From contig CALRGA010000001.1 in assembly GCA_943357025.1 (NCBI GenBank), positions 1-42,407 on the forward strand: a stretch of 42,407 bases of DNA, written 5' to 3'. Shown here piece after piece: positions 24,302-32,873 of the stretch; position 1 is the first letter of the stretch, and each line of letters opens with the position of its first letter. The DNA comes from Candidatus Uhrbacteria bacterium RIFOXYB12_FULL_58_10. GTDB lineage: Bacteria > Patescibacteriota > Patescibacteriia > UBA9934 > GWF2-40-263. The notes under the pieces were generated by a model that saw nothing but the letters and a program-made list of their open reading frames with translations, was not told where the DNA came from and made no database searches. Both the position numbers and the translations under genes were made by a program.

Positions 24302-26944
24302 ATGACGATACAAACATCAAACAAGACGCTCGTTCTCCTCGACGGCAACGCTCTCCTCCACCGCGCGTGGCATGCCATTCCTCCGCTAACGACCAAGGAC
24401 GGGCGCGTGGTGAACGCGGCGTACGGGTTCGCGATGGCGCTTGATACGATCTTGAAGCAATGGAAGCCGGAGTACATGGTGGTCGCGTGGGACCTCCCCG
24501 GAAAGACGTTCCGGCACGAGGCGTTCGAGGCGTACAAGGCGCAGCGGAAGGAAAAGGAGCCGGAGCTGTACGCGCAGATCCCGCTGATCCAGGAAATCCT
24601 GACGTACTACGGCATCCCGTCTGTATCCGTTCCGGGATTCGAGGCGGACGACGTGATCGGGACGCTTGCGACGACGGCGAAGAAGGACAAGATGAACACG
24701 CTGATCGTGACCGGCGACCAGGATCAGATGCAGCTGGTCGACGACACCACGAAGCTGGTGTACTTCATCAAGGGAATCTCGGAGACGAAGACGTTCGACG
24801 AGGCGGCGGTCGTGGAGAAGTACGGGTTTCGTCCGGAACAGATGATCGACTACAAGGCGCTGCGCGGGGATCCGAGCGATAATATTCCGGGAGTGAAGGG
24901 GATAGGCGAGAAGGGCGCGAAGGAGCTGATCGCGGAGTTCGGAAACGTCGAGGCGATGCTGGCCGCGGTCGGAACCGGAAAGCTGGAGCCCGCGATGGAG
25001 AGGAAGCTGGCCGGGTTTGAGAATGTTGCGCGCGAAATGGTCGGGCTCGTTACGATCGTGCGGGACGTGCCGCTCGGGGATTTCTCGATCGAGGACGCGG
25101 CGGTCGCGACGCCGGATGTGGAGAAATTGCTGGGGTTGTATAAGGAACTGGAGTTTAAGACCTTGATTAGGCGGTTGGGACCCGTGGATACCAATCCACA
25201 AATCGGCTACAGAACCACGAATCAACGGATTGCTATGAAAGTACAGATCGTGCGCGGGACGGCGAATGTCGCGACTGCCCTCGACGCGATCTCCGACGAG
25301 ACGGTCGCGGTTATCGTGGCGGACCAGGCGCCGGATTTGTTCGGGGCGAAGTTGGCGGCGATCTCTGTGTCGGACGGAACGGGCACGGTCGTGATTCCGA
25401 GTCCGAACGCGGAGCTGCTTGCGATGGTCGAGAAAAAAATCGCGGGCGCAGCGAAGATTGTTTCGCACGACTGGAAGAAGACGATGCACCTCACCGGGTG
25501 GACGATGGACGAACGAACGGTCGACCTGATGGTCGTCTCATACCTTCTCTCGTCGGCGTCCCGCTCGCACGACCTCGCGTCGATCATACCGACGGTCGTC
25601 CTTCCCGCGTCGTTCGGGACGGACAAGGAGCTTGCGCTGCTCGGCGAGGCCGCGCAGAAATTGCCGGCGGCCGCGACGACCATGCTCGCGCAGCTGAAGG
25701 ACGCGGGGATGTCGAAGCTGCTGAACGACATCGAGATGCCGCTCGTTCCCGTGCTGTGCGAGATGGAGAAGGCGGGGATCGCGGTGAACGTCGATTCGCT
25801 CGGCGCGCTGCAGGAAATCCTCGCGAAGAAGATCGACGCGCTCACGAAGCAGATCCAGGAGCTCGCGGGCGAGGAGTTCAACGTGAACTCGCCGGGCCAG
25901 CTCGCGACGATCCTTTTCGACAAACTGCAATTGCCGACCAAGGGGATCAAGAAGACGACGACGGGATACTCGACGGCCGCGTCGGAACTTGAGAAGCTCG
26001 AGGACACGCACGACATCATCCCGCTGGTCGGCGAGTATCGCGAGCATGCGAAGCTGCAGAGCACGTACGTCGAGGCGCTTCCGAAGCTCGTCGCAGAGGA
26101 CGGGCGCATTCACACGACGTACAACCAGACGGTCGCGGCGACGGGACGATTGTCGTCCGTCGAGCCCAATCTACAGAACATTCCGATAAAGTCAGACCTT
26201 GGGAACGAAATCCGAAAGGCGTTCGTGGCGGAGAAAGGAAAGGTCCTGATCGCGGCCGACTACTCGCAGGTCGAGCTGCGATTGGCCGCGATCATTGCGA
26301 AGGACCAGCCGTTCATCGACGCGTTCCGCGACGGGGCGGACATTCACACGAGGACGGCGTCGGAGGTTTGGGAGATCGCGGAGGCCGACGTCACGAGCGA
26401 ACAGCGCCGCGCCGCGAAGGCGATCAACTTCGGAATCCTGTACGGCATGGGGCCGCGCTCGCTCGCGAAGTCGACGGGGATGGGCATGGACGAGGCCAAG
26501 GGGTTCATCGACCGCTACTTCCAAATCCACCACGCGATTCGGACGTACCTCGACGAGACAAAGCTCAAGGCGCACAAGGACGGGTACGTCGAGACGCTGT
26601 TCGGACGGCGACGGTATTTTCCCGAGATCAACACCGGCGTCCAGATGCTCGTGGCCATGGCAGAGCGCATGGCCATCAACATGCCGGTGCAAGGGACGGC
26701 CGCCGACCTCATGAAGCTGGCAATGCTCGCCGTGGACGGATGGCTCAAGACCAGCAAGTGGCCGGCCAAGATGCTCCTTCAGGTCCACGACGAACTCGTC
26801 ATCGAGTGCGACGAGATGGCGGTGGACGCCGTCGCGAAGGGGGTAAAGGAAATGATGGAGGGGGTCGCAAGCTTCGACGTTCCGCTGGTGGTCGAGGTGG
26901 AGGTTGGGAAGAATTGGGGGGAGATGGAGGCGTGGAAGCAATAA
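24302..26944 (+). CDS. polA: DNA polymerase I (5'-3' exonuclease, 3'-5' exonuclease-like and polymerase domains)
   Basis: LLDGNALLHRAWHA, EADDVIGTLA, SDNIPGVKGIGEKGA, DYSQVELRLAAI, RRAAKAINFGILYGM and QVHDELV. Confidence 0.97.
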   Translation: MTIQTSNKTLVLLDGNALLHRAWHAIPPLTTKDGRVVNAAYGFAMALDTILKQWKPEYMVVAWDLPGKTFRHEAFEAYKAQRKEKEPELYAQIPLIQEILTYYGIPSVSVPGFEADDVIGTLATTAKKDKMNTLIVTGDQDQMQLVDDTTKLVYFIKGISETKTFDEAAVVEKYGFRPEQMIDYKALRGDPSDNIPGVKGIGEKGAKELIAEFGNVEAMLAAVGTGKLEPAMERKLAGFENVAREMVGLVTIVRDVPLGDFSIEDAAVATPDVEKLLGLYKELEFKTLIRRLGPVDTNPQIGYRTTNQRIAMKVQIVRGTANVATALDAISDETVAVIVADQAPDLFGAKLAAISVSDGTGTVVIPSPNAELLAMVEKKIAGAAKIVSHDWKKTMHLTGWTMDERTVDLMVVSYLLSSASRSHDLASIIPTVVLPASFGTDKELALLGEAAQKLPAAATTMLAQLKDAGMSKLLNDIEMPLVPVLCEMEKAGIAVNVDSLGALQEILAKKIDALTKQIQELAGEEFNVNSPGQLATILFDKLQLPTKGIKKTTTGYSTAASELEKLEDTHDIIPLVGEYREHAKLQSTYVEALPKLVAEDGRIHTTYNQTVAATGRLSSVEPNLQNIPIKSDLGNEIRKAFVAEKGKVLIAADYSQVELRLAAIIAKDQPFIDAFRDGADIHTRTASEVWEIAEADVTSEQRRAAKAINFGILYGMGPRSLAKSTGMGMDEAKGFIDRYFQIHHAIRTYLDETKLKAHKDGYVETLFGRRRYFPEINTGVQMLVAMAERMAINMPVQGTAADLMKLAMLAVDGWLKTSKWPAKMLLQVHDELVIECDEMAVDAVAKGVKEMMEGVASFDVPLVVEVEVGKNWGEMEAWKQ

Positions 26945-26950
26945 GAAAAA

Positions 26951-26983
26951 GCGGTCCGAAGTCCATCGGACCGCTTTTCGTTT
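26951..26983. terminator. Bidirectional terminator between polA and the convergent ORF
   Basis: GCGGTCCGA-agtcca-TCGGACCGC followed by TTTTCGTTT, with an A-run upstream. Confidence 0.8.
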
Positions 26984-27890
26984 ACTCGTAATCGCGGTAG
27001 GTCTTGTCGCGGATGACCGTGCGCAATTGCGCGATCTCCCCGCGGGGAGTCTTTTTGTAGATCGTCTTGAAATCCGTCCCGACCGACCAGGTCGCGGACT
27101 GGCCGGCGAAGATCGTCGTTTGTCCGGCGTGCGGAAAGAAGTCGATCTGGATCCCGTGCGCGTCGGCGATCTGTTCGAGGCGGTGGTTCCAGGAGCCCAT
27201 CGTCGTTCCGTCTGGCTCGGTCCAGAACGGGGAGAAGAGACGGGTCTTGTCCGGCGAATAGCCAAGCGCTCTTATGGCGTCGAGCGTTCGATTCAGGTCG
27301 TCGCCGTCGCTTGAAAGAATGTGCGCCATGAACAGCTTTTGGCCGTGGCGCGCGAAGATGGCCGTGCACGACGAGGAGGCGGAAAAGCCGACGACGTCCT
27401 GGCGGCCGAGCGAGGACACCTCGACGTAATTTCCCGGAGGGGGGTCGAACGCCCGCGTCGGCCCTTGCTGCCACATCGTTCCGTTCGTGAATTTTCTAAC
27501 GCCCGCGCGTGCCGTTTCAAACATGTCGGCCACTCCGCCTTCGCGCGTCCGGTCCTCGGACGTGATCATCCGTTCCGGCGCCTTCACGGAGAAGCGGTCC
27601 TCGAACTGCGAGTCGACGGTCTGCGCGTCGTCGACAGGCGCGAATCCGTCGAAGTACCGGTTGGTGAGCAGCGTGCGTCGTCCCGCGCGGTCGGCCGCGT
27701 CGAACTCGGCGGCCATGGCGTCGTATCCTTCCATGAACACCCCAGGATCGAAGTAGACCGACGGTTTGTCGAATCGCCTGCGGACCGCCTCGCGATCGGC
27801 GTCCGCGATGTCCACGCCGGAAATATATCGCTTCATCATATGCGCACAGTTTACATCATCTCCGTAAAAGGTCATCATAGGTCGAACCAT
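26982..27890 (-). CDS. Hypothetical cytoplasmic protein (about 302 aa) with a possible Cys/His motif
   Basis: High-GC3 ORF. The start was chosen at the ATG at 27890 (MVRPMMTFYGDD...) because the track TTG at 27962 would overlap pgeF. The motif VGFSASSSCTAIFARHGQKLFMAHIL sits in the C-terminal half. Confidence 0.75.
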   Translation of the reverse strand: MVRPMMTFYGDDVNCAHMMKRYISGVDIADADREAVRRRFDKPSVYFDPGVFMEGYDAMAAEFDAADRAGRRTLLTNRYFDGFAPVDDAQTVDSQFEDRFSVKAPERMITSEDRTREGGVADMFETARAGVRKFTNGTMWQQGPTRAFDPPPGNYVEVSSLGRQDVVGFSASSSCTAIFARHGQKLFMAHILSSDGDDLNRTLDAIRALGYSPDKTRLFSPFWTEPDGTTMGSWNHRLEQIADAHGIQIDFFPHAGQTTIFAGQSATWSVGTDFKTIYKKTPRGEIAQLRTVIRDKTYRDYE

Positions 27891-27898
27891 CTTTTCGT

Positions 27899-28618
27899 AT
27901 GAATCGAATTTGGCAGTCCGAATTATTGGCGCGACAGGACTGGCTCGTCCACGGGACGGCAACCCTTGCGTTTGGATCGACGCGGTATCCGAATCCGAAA
28001 GAGGAGGACATGACCATTGAGAATCGCGGAACGTTTTTGTCAGAGTTGGGATTGGATCCGTCGCGGTTGGTCGTGTCCGGAAATGTTCATGGAAAGAATA
28101 TCGAGATCGTCGAGGGCCGCTCCCAGCGCATCGACGACTGCGACGGCCTCGTTACGTCGACATCGGGAATCGTGATCGCGACGAAAACGGCCGACTGTCT
28201 CCCGATCTTTATCGCCGACCCGACGACGCAAACCGTCGCGGTCGTCCACGCCGGATGGAAAGGCGTCATGGCAGGGATCGCGATCGAGGCCGTGCGCGCG
28301 TTCGTCGATCACGGATCGACCGCGCGAGATGTCCTCGTTGCGATCGGGCCGTCAATCGGCCCGTGCCACTACGCAATTCACGACGAACGGCGCGACGAGA
28401 TGCTCGCGAAGACGCCGTTCGTCTCGATTGACGATTTCTCCGTCGGCCGCGTCGACCTGCGCGCGATCGTCGTGCGTCAGCTCATCGCATCGGGCGTCCC
28501 TGCGGAAAATATTGACGCGTCCGCGCCGTGCACGGCGTGTCATCCGGACGTCTTTGCGAGTTATCATCTGTCGCGCAACCCGTCGATCGGGACACTGTCC
28601 GCGATCGCAATCCGATAG
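27899..28618 (+). CDS. pgeF: PgeF/YfiH (DUF152) family purine-nucleoside phosphorylase / peptidoglycan editing factor
   Basis: VHGKNIEIV, DGLVTSTSGIVIATKTADCLPIF, VAVVHAGWKG, GPSIGPCHYAI and PCTACHPDVFASYH. Confidence 0.9.
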   Translation: MNRIWQSELLARQDWLVHGTATLAFGSTRYPNPKEEDMTIENRGTFLSELGLDPSRLVVSGNVHGKNIEIVEGRSQRIDDCDGLVTSTSGIVIATKTADCLPIFIADPTTQTVAVVHAGWKGVMAGIAIEAVRAFVDHGSTARDVLVAIGPSIGPCHYAIHDERRDEMLAKTPFVSIDDFSVGRVDLRAIVVRQLIASGVPAENIDASAPCTACHPDVFASYHLSRNPSIGTLSAIAIR

Positions 28619-28631
28619 GGAATCGGGCCTT

Positions 28632-28660
28632 TTGTCTTTCCGCAAGCATCGCGGTAAGAT
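28632..28660 (+). promoter_or_regulatory. Predicted promoter (leaderless layout) of holA
   Basis: TTGTCT (28632-28637), 17 nt, TAAGAT (28655-28660), then 9 nt to the ATG at 28670. Confidence 0.5.
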
Positions 28661-28669
28661 GCGTTCACT

Positions 28670-29638
28670 ATGTTGATTCTCGTCTACGGCGACGACACGT
28701 TTCGCGTGAAGGACAAGGTTTCGAAGCTGCGCGAGGCGTTCGTGGAGAAGCACGACCGAGCCGGGTTAAACCTGGCGGAGTTTGCATCGTCGGACAAGCC
28801 CGGGGAGATTTTGCAGGCGATCTCGAGCCTGCCGTTCATGGGATCGAAGCGGATGGTGGTGATCCGCGACCTGGTGGCGACGACAAAGTCGGATGGCAAG
28901 GATCATTGGGAAAGCCTGGCACGGACGCCCGATTCGTCGATCGTAATTTTGTGGGAGACGCTGGAACCGAAGGCGCTTGAGAAAAAGCCGCTCTATGCCG
29001 TCATTGCGAGCGCGGCGAAGCAATCTCCCGACGAGTTTCGTCTGTATCCGTTCCCGTCGCTCGAGGGCGCGGAGTTGTCGAAATGGACGGTCACGCGGAT
29101 CTCCGAGCGCGACGGAACGATCGCGCCGGACGCGCTGCGCGAGCTGTGCGACCGCGTAGGCGGCGACCTGTGGCAGATGGACAACGAGATTGGAAAGCTC
29201 GTTGCGTACCGGACGTCGATCGTGCTCGCCGACGTCGACCTTCTCGTTCGTGCCACGTTCGACGGAGAGATCTTCGCGCTCGTGGACGCGATAAGCCGAA
29301 AGGACTCGGCGCGCGCGATTCGTCTTCTCGAGGAGGAGCGTCTCAGCGGCGGTTCGGACTTCGCGATCTTCGGAATGCTCGCGCGCCAAGTCCGTCTCCT
29401 GCTCGGAGCGCGCGCATTGCTCGACGAGAATCCGCGCGCGTCATCGTCTCAGCTCGCCGGCGAGATGGAGATCAATCCGTTCGTCGCGCAGAAGGCGTTC
29501 GACCAGGCTCGAAAGTTTACGCTCACCGACCTTCGCGCGACGCACGATCTTTTATTCCGTTACGACGCGGGAATGAAGTCGGGAGTGTTGGACGCGGAGC
29601 TTGCAGTGGACCTTGTCACGACGTCGCTGATTCGGTAA
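28670..29638 (+). CDS. holA: DNA polymerase III subunit delta
   Basis: MLILVYGDDTFRVKDKV...SSLPFMGSKRMVVIRDL... with C-terminal helical domains, matching the typical HolA length and pattern. Confidence 0.85.
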   Translation: MLILVYGDDTFRVKDKVSKLREAFVEKHDRAGLNLAEFASSDKPGEILQAISSLPFMGSKRMVVIRDLVATTKSDGKDHWESLARTPDSSIVILWETLEPKALEKKPLYAVIASAAKQSPDEFRLYPFPSLEGAELSKWTVTRISERDGTIAPDALRELCDRVGGDLWQMDNEIGKLVAYRTSIVLADVDLLVRATFDGEIFALVDAISRKDSARAIRLLEEERLSGGSDFAIFGMLARQVRLLLGARALLDENPRASSSQLAGEMEINPFVAQKAFDQARKFTLTDLRATHDLLFRYDAGMKSGVLDAELAVDLVTTSLIR

Positions 29639-29666
29639 GGTCGGGTGGATTTTTTTCCGATCGCTT

Positions 29667-29703
29667 ATGAAAAAGCGCCGCCGACCAATCGTCGGCGGCG
29701 CTT
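29667..29703 (-). terminator. Rho-independent terminator of the ABC exporter gene
   Basis: On the minus strand AAGCGCCGCCGAC-gattg-GTCGGCGGCGCUU is followed by UUUUCA, 3 nt after the stop at 29706. Confidence 0.75.
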
Positions 29704-29705
29704 CC

Positions 29706-31478
29706 CTATTCCGCGAACCCTCCCGCCTGGATGTCCCAGAGCTTCCGGTACGTCCCCTTCTTTCTCAGCAGTTCCCTGTGCGTCCCTTGCGCCGCGATGG
29801 TTCCTCCCTCGATGACCAGAATCCGGTCCATCTCCATGATCGTCGACAACCGATGGGCGACCACGATGACCGTCTTGTCTTGCATCAGCTCGTGGAGCGC
29901 GTCCTGGATGAGGCGCTCAGACTCGGAGTCGAGCGAGCTGGTTGCCTCGTCGAGCACGAGGATCGGGGCGTTCTTGACGATGGCGCGGGCGATGGCCACG
30001 CGCTGGCGCTCGCCGCCCGAGAGTTTTACGCCGCGCTCGCCGACGTACGTGCCGTACCCGTCTGGCAGCTCGTCGATGAAGACGTCGCATCGCGCGCGCC
30101 GCGCCGCATCCCTCACTTCCTCGTCCGTCGCGTCCTGTCGGCCGTAGCGGATGTTTTCCATCAGCGTTCGGTGGAACAGGATCGGTTCCTGCGGCACGAG
30201 CGAAATACTGTCGCGCAGGCTGTCCTGGGTTGCCTTCGCGATGTCCTGGCCGTCGATGAGAATCTTTCCCTCGTCAACGTCGTAGAACCGGAACAACAGC
30301 TTCGTGATGGTCGTCTTCCCCGCGCCACTCGGCCCGACGAGCGCGATCTTTTCCTTCGGCTTGATAATGAGATCGAAGTTCTCGAGAACCTTTCGCGTCT
30401 TGTGAAAGCAGAAGGTCACCTCCTTGAACTCGATCTCTCCCTTCTCGACGTCTATCGCCTTCGCCCCGCGCCGGTCGCGCACCTCGTGCGGTTCCAAGAG
30501 CAGGTCGACCATCTCCTTGCCGTCGGCGATAGAGTCGAAGATGTGGCGGAACGAGCGGCCCACTTCCCACAGCTTGTGGAAGACGAGCACGAGCGAGGAT
30601 TGGATGAACGCGAGGTCGCCAATCGTGAGAATTCCCTGCAGCCAGAATAGGACGCCGATGTACATGAGGCCGACGTCGATGGCGATCATGAGCAGTCCCT
30701 GGACGGCAAAGATGATCTCGTGCCTGTCCCAGCTGCGCGTCTGCGCAAGGCGGAGCTTCTGGTTCACCTTTCGAAACCGCGACTCTTCCTCGTTGAACGC
30801 GGGAAACAGCTTGATCGTGACCGCGTTCGTGATCGCGTCGGCCATCACTCCTCCCGCCTCGGAATCGAGCGCGGCCCGTTCGATGTCAGCCTTCACGGCC
30901 CACCGCGACGCCCAGTAGTTGAAGACGAGGAACAACGCGGTCCAGGCAACGAACAGGATGGCGAGCAGCGGATATTGTAAGTAAAGACCGACGGTCGCGC
31001 CGATGACGACGATCACGATCGGGATGAGGCGGAATATGATCTCGTCGGCCAGGCGTTCGAATCCGCGGCTCATACGGCCGACCTTGCGAACGAGGGATCC
31101 TCCGAAGTGGTTGGCGAAAAATTGGAAGGAGTGGCCGAGAAGATATTTGAACGAGTTCTCCTCGATGTCGGCCATGACGTGCGGTTGAAACCGGTTTACC
31201 GTGATCGTCGTGACGCGCCATCCGAGCCAGCTGACCATCCGTATGCCGATCATTCCGAGGAGGACGGGAACAAAGATCGCGATGGTTGCGGCGGTCGGCG
31301 CGTTCGTTTCGAGCAGGTCGAACAGCTTCTTGAGAAACCACGGCTGGATGATGTCGGCGAGCGTCGCGACGATGACGAACGTAAGAATCAGAAAGATACT
31401 TTTCTTGTACCGCCGCGCCGCGTGCCAATAGGCGCGAAGGACGTCGATCGTGGTAGTGCTTGTCTTTGCGTTTTGCAT
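29706..31478 (-). CDS. ABC transporter, fused permease/ATPase (MsbA-like type I exporter)
   Basis: Six-TM N-domain, Walker A GPSGAGKTT, signature LSGGERQRVAIARA and Walker B ILVLDEATSSLD. The first 48 track codons are His/Arg-rich, so I chose the ATG at 31478 (MQNAKTSTTTIDVLRAYW...). Confidence 0.93.
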   Translation of the reverse strand: MQNAKTSTTTIDVLRAYWHAARRYKKSIFLILTFVIVATLADIIQPWFLKKLFDLLETNAPTAATIAIFVPVLLGMIGIRMVSWLGWRVTTITVNRFQPHVMADIEENSFKYLLGHSFQFFANHFGGSLVRKVGRMSRGFERLADEIIFRLIPIVIVVIGATVGLYLQYPLLAILFVAWTALFLVFNYWASRWAVKADIERAALDSEAGGVMADAITNAVTIKLFPAFNEEESRFRKVNQKLRLAQTRSWDRHEIIFAVQGLLMIAIDVGLMYIGVLFWLQGILTIGDLAFIQSSLVLVFHKLWEVGRSFRHIFDSIADGKEMVDLLLEPHEVRDRRGAKAIDVEKGEIEFKEVTFCFHKTRKVLENFDLIIKPKEKIALVGPSGAGKTTITKLLFRFYDVDEGKILIDGQDIAKATQDSLRDSISLVPQEPILFHRTLMENIRYGRQDATDEEVRDAARRARCDVFIDELPDGYGTYVGERGVKLSGGERQRVAIARAIVKNAPILVLDEATSSLDSESERLIQDALHELMQDKTVIVVAHRLSTIMEMDRILVIEGGTIAAQGTHRELLRKKGTYRKLWDIQAGGFAE

Positions 31479-31486
31479 GCGCGTAT

Positions 31487-31495
31487 ATTTTATCA
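31487..31495 (-). promoter_or_regulatory. Extended -10 promoter element of the ABC gene (leaderless layout)
   Basis: TGaTAAAAT on the minus strand, ending 8 nt upstream of the ATG at 31478. Confidence 0.45.
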
Positions 31496-31503
31496 CAGTC
31501 GCG

Positions 31504-31534
31504 AAAAGAAAAAACGCGCGCAGAGTTGCGCGCG
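31504..31534 (-). terminator. Rho-independent terminator after the DTG-repeat gene
   Basis: On the minus strand: CGCGCGCA-acuc-UGCGCGCG followed by UUUUUUCUUUU. Confidence 0.75.
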
Positions 31535-31537
31535 CGG

Positions 31538-32057
31538 TCAGAAGGCCGTGTCGAGGACGGCGGTGTCGACGATTACGCCCGTGTCGATCATGCCCGTGTC
31601 GACGATCCCGGTGTCGCCGCATCCGGTGGAACCGCCGGTGTCCCAGGCGTAGGGTTTGCTGCAGCCGGTAGGCATCTCATACGCCGCGAGCTCTTCGCGC
31701 GCGGCTTCGACGCGGGTCGAGTAGAACGCGTAGGCGGTGGCGTACATCTCGTCGTCCGGCGAGCGGATCATTCCGTCGCCGCCGTCGTCGCCCCAGGGAG
31801 CGGCGGCCGAGCGAAGGCGCTCGTAGAGATTGGGCAGGATCGTGTTCGCGGGGTCGAGGGTCTCCATCTGGTCGATCACGACGCCGCACGTGTCGATCGT
31901 TTCCTGCCAGCCCTCGGAATCCTACTGGCACCCGAGCGACAGGTTCGGGAACCTCGTCGATTCCGGTGTCCTCGGCGATCTCGTAGATGGTCGTGTAGTA
32001 GTTATTGGTTACGGTCGCAGGCGTGGAACAGCCGGCGGCGATGAGCAGAAGGAACAT
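31538..32057 (-). pseudogene. Lipoprotein gene with a DTG-repeat C-terminus, split between two reading frames (frameshift, sequencing error or recoding)
   Basis: Frame A from the ATG at 32057 reads MFLLLIAAGCSTPATVTNNYYTTIYEIAEDTGIDEVPEPV... (lipobox LIAAGC), then degenerates into an Arg-rich sequence. Frame B (+1) is protein-like from just after its TAG at 31924-31922 (DSEGWQETIDTCGVVIDQMETL...DTGIVDTGMIDTGVIVDTAVLDTAF) to the stop at 31538. Confidence 0.5.
31548..31644 (-). repeat. Coding periodic repeat (15-nt unit) encoding D-T-G/A-x-x pentapeptides
   Basis: GTGTCGA/GTGTCGC/GTGTCCC cores begin at 31548, 31563, 31581, 31596, 31611 and 31638 on the plus strand, with spacings of mostly 15 nt. 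Confidence 0.6.
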
Positions 32058-32147
32058 GGAGACCTCGGAGATTGCGTTGCGTTCGACGTAATTGTCGAGC
32101 GTGTAGACAAACGATTCTTTCGCCGAACCATCACGGCGCAAGCGAGG

Positions 32148-32176
32148 ATCATACTAGAATTTGGCAGAAATCTCAA
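32148..32176 (-). promoter_or_regulatory. Predicted promoter of the lipoprotein gene
   Basis: On the minus strand: TTGAGA (32176-32171), 17 nt, TATGAT (32153-32148). Confidence 0.5.
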
Positions 32177-32186
32177 TGGATTCGCC

Positions 32187-32217
32187 CAAAACAAAACGAC
32201 CCGGTTGCCCGGGCCGT
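32187..32217 (-). terminator. Rho-independent terminator after the AbiEii-like gene
   Basis: On the minus strand: ACGGCCCGG-gcaa-CCGGGUCGU followed by UUUGUUUU. Confidence 0.7.
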
Positions 32218-32222
32218 TTACG

Positions 32223-32873
32223 TTATTCCGTAAACGATTGGCTGAGCGCGCGCGCCTCCTTGGTGACGAACCGTTTTAATTCGTCGATCCCTAGAGGGAC
32301 CGTCATCTTTGGAAGTGCCTCGACGCGCCGTACCTTCGCCAGCTCGCTGCCGAGGAACAGGTCAGTGATGGCGCTGCCGAATTTCGTTTCCGCGTCACGA
32401 CGAATGTCGGCGAGAGGGCGATTCTGAAGGATCGCGTATAGGTCGACGAAATCCTTCGGGTCGAATCGGTTGAGGAGGGCCATGAGCTTGTTGGCGGAGA
32501 CGTCGCGCAGGCTGTCGACGCGCACTCCTTCCTCGACGCGGATTGGATCGAGCCGCGCGAACGGATAGCGAGTGAACTCGAGCTTGAGCTCGTAGTCGCC
32601 GATGCCTAGAAAATAGAGGTTGCGGTCGAAGATTTGGTCCGAACGAAGCCGGTCCGCTCCAAGCGTAAATTTGAGATTGTCGATGAACGACGTGAGGAAT
32701 GCGCGGTCGCACGGCTCGGACGTGAAAAAGTCTAGGTCGTCCGATACGCGATGATGGAGATAGTACGCGGACAGCGCCGTGCCGCCGGACAAATAGTATC
32801 CGTCGAGACGCGGCTCGTCATTCACGATGCGAAGGACTTCCTTCTGCGTATCGGTTAAAATGGCTTGTTCCAT
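32223..32873 (-). CDS. Nucleotidyltransferase AbiEii/AbiGii-family toxin-like protein (DUF1814)
   Basis: YYLSGGTALSAYYLHHRVSDDLDFF matches the Pol-beta-type G[GS]-x10-D-x-D motif. The length and the helical C-terminal half are typical of short AbiEii proteins. Confidence 0.88.
   Translation of the reverse strand: MEQAILTDTQKEVLRIVNDEPRLDGYYLSGGTALSAYYLHHRVSDDLDFFTSEPCDRAFLTSFIDNLKFTLGADRLRSDQIFDRNLYFLGIGDYELKLEFTRYPFARLDPIRVEEGVRVDSLRDVSANKLMALLNRFDPKDFVDLYAILQNRPLADIRRDAETKFGSAITDLFLGSELAKVRRVEALPKMTVPLGIDELKRFVTKEARALSQSFTE

Noticed and set aside
29706-31644. The ABC exporter and the upstream Cys-containing DTG-repeat peptide could form a bacteriocin or RiPP export pair.
   Set aside because: A strong terminator (31504-31534) and a separate promoter lie between them. 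The exporter has no N-terminal C39 peptidase domain. The upstream protein has a lipoprotein signal rather than a double-glycine leader.
31548-31644. The periodic 15-nt repeats could be a CRISPR-like or other non-coding array.
   Set aside because: The units are contiguous with no spacers, too short, and lie in-frame within a protein-like ORF encoding DTGxx pentapeptides.
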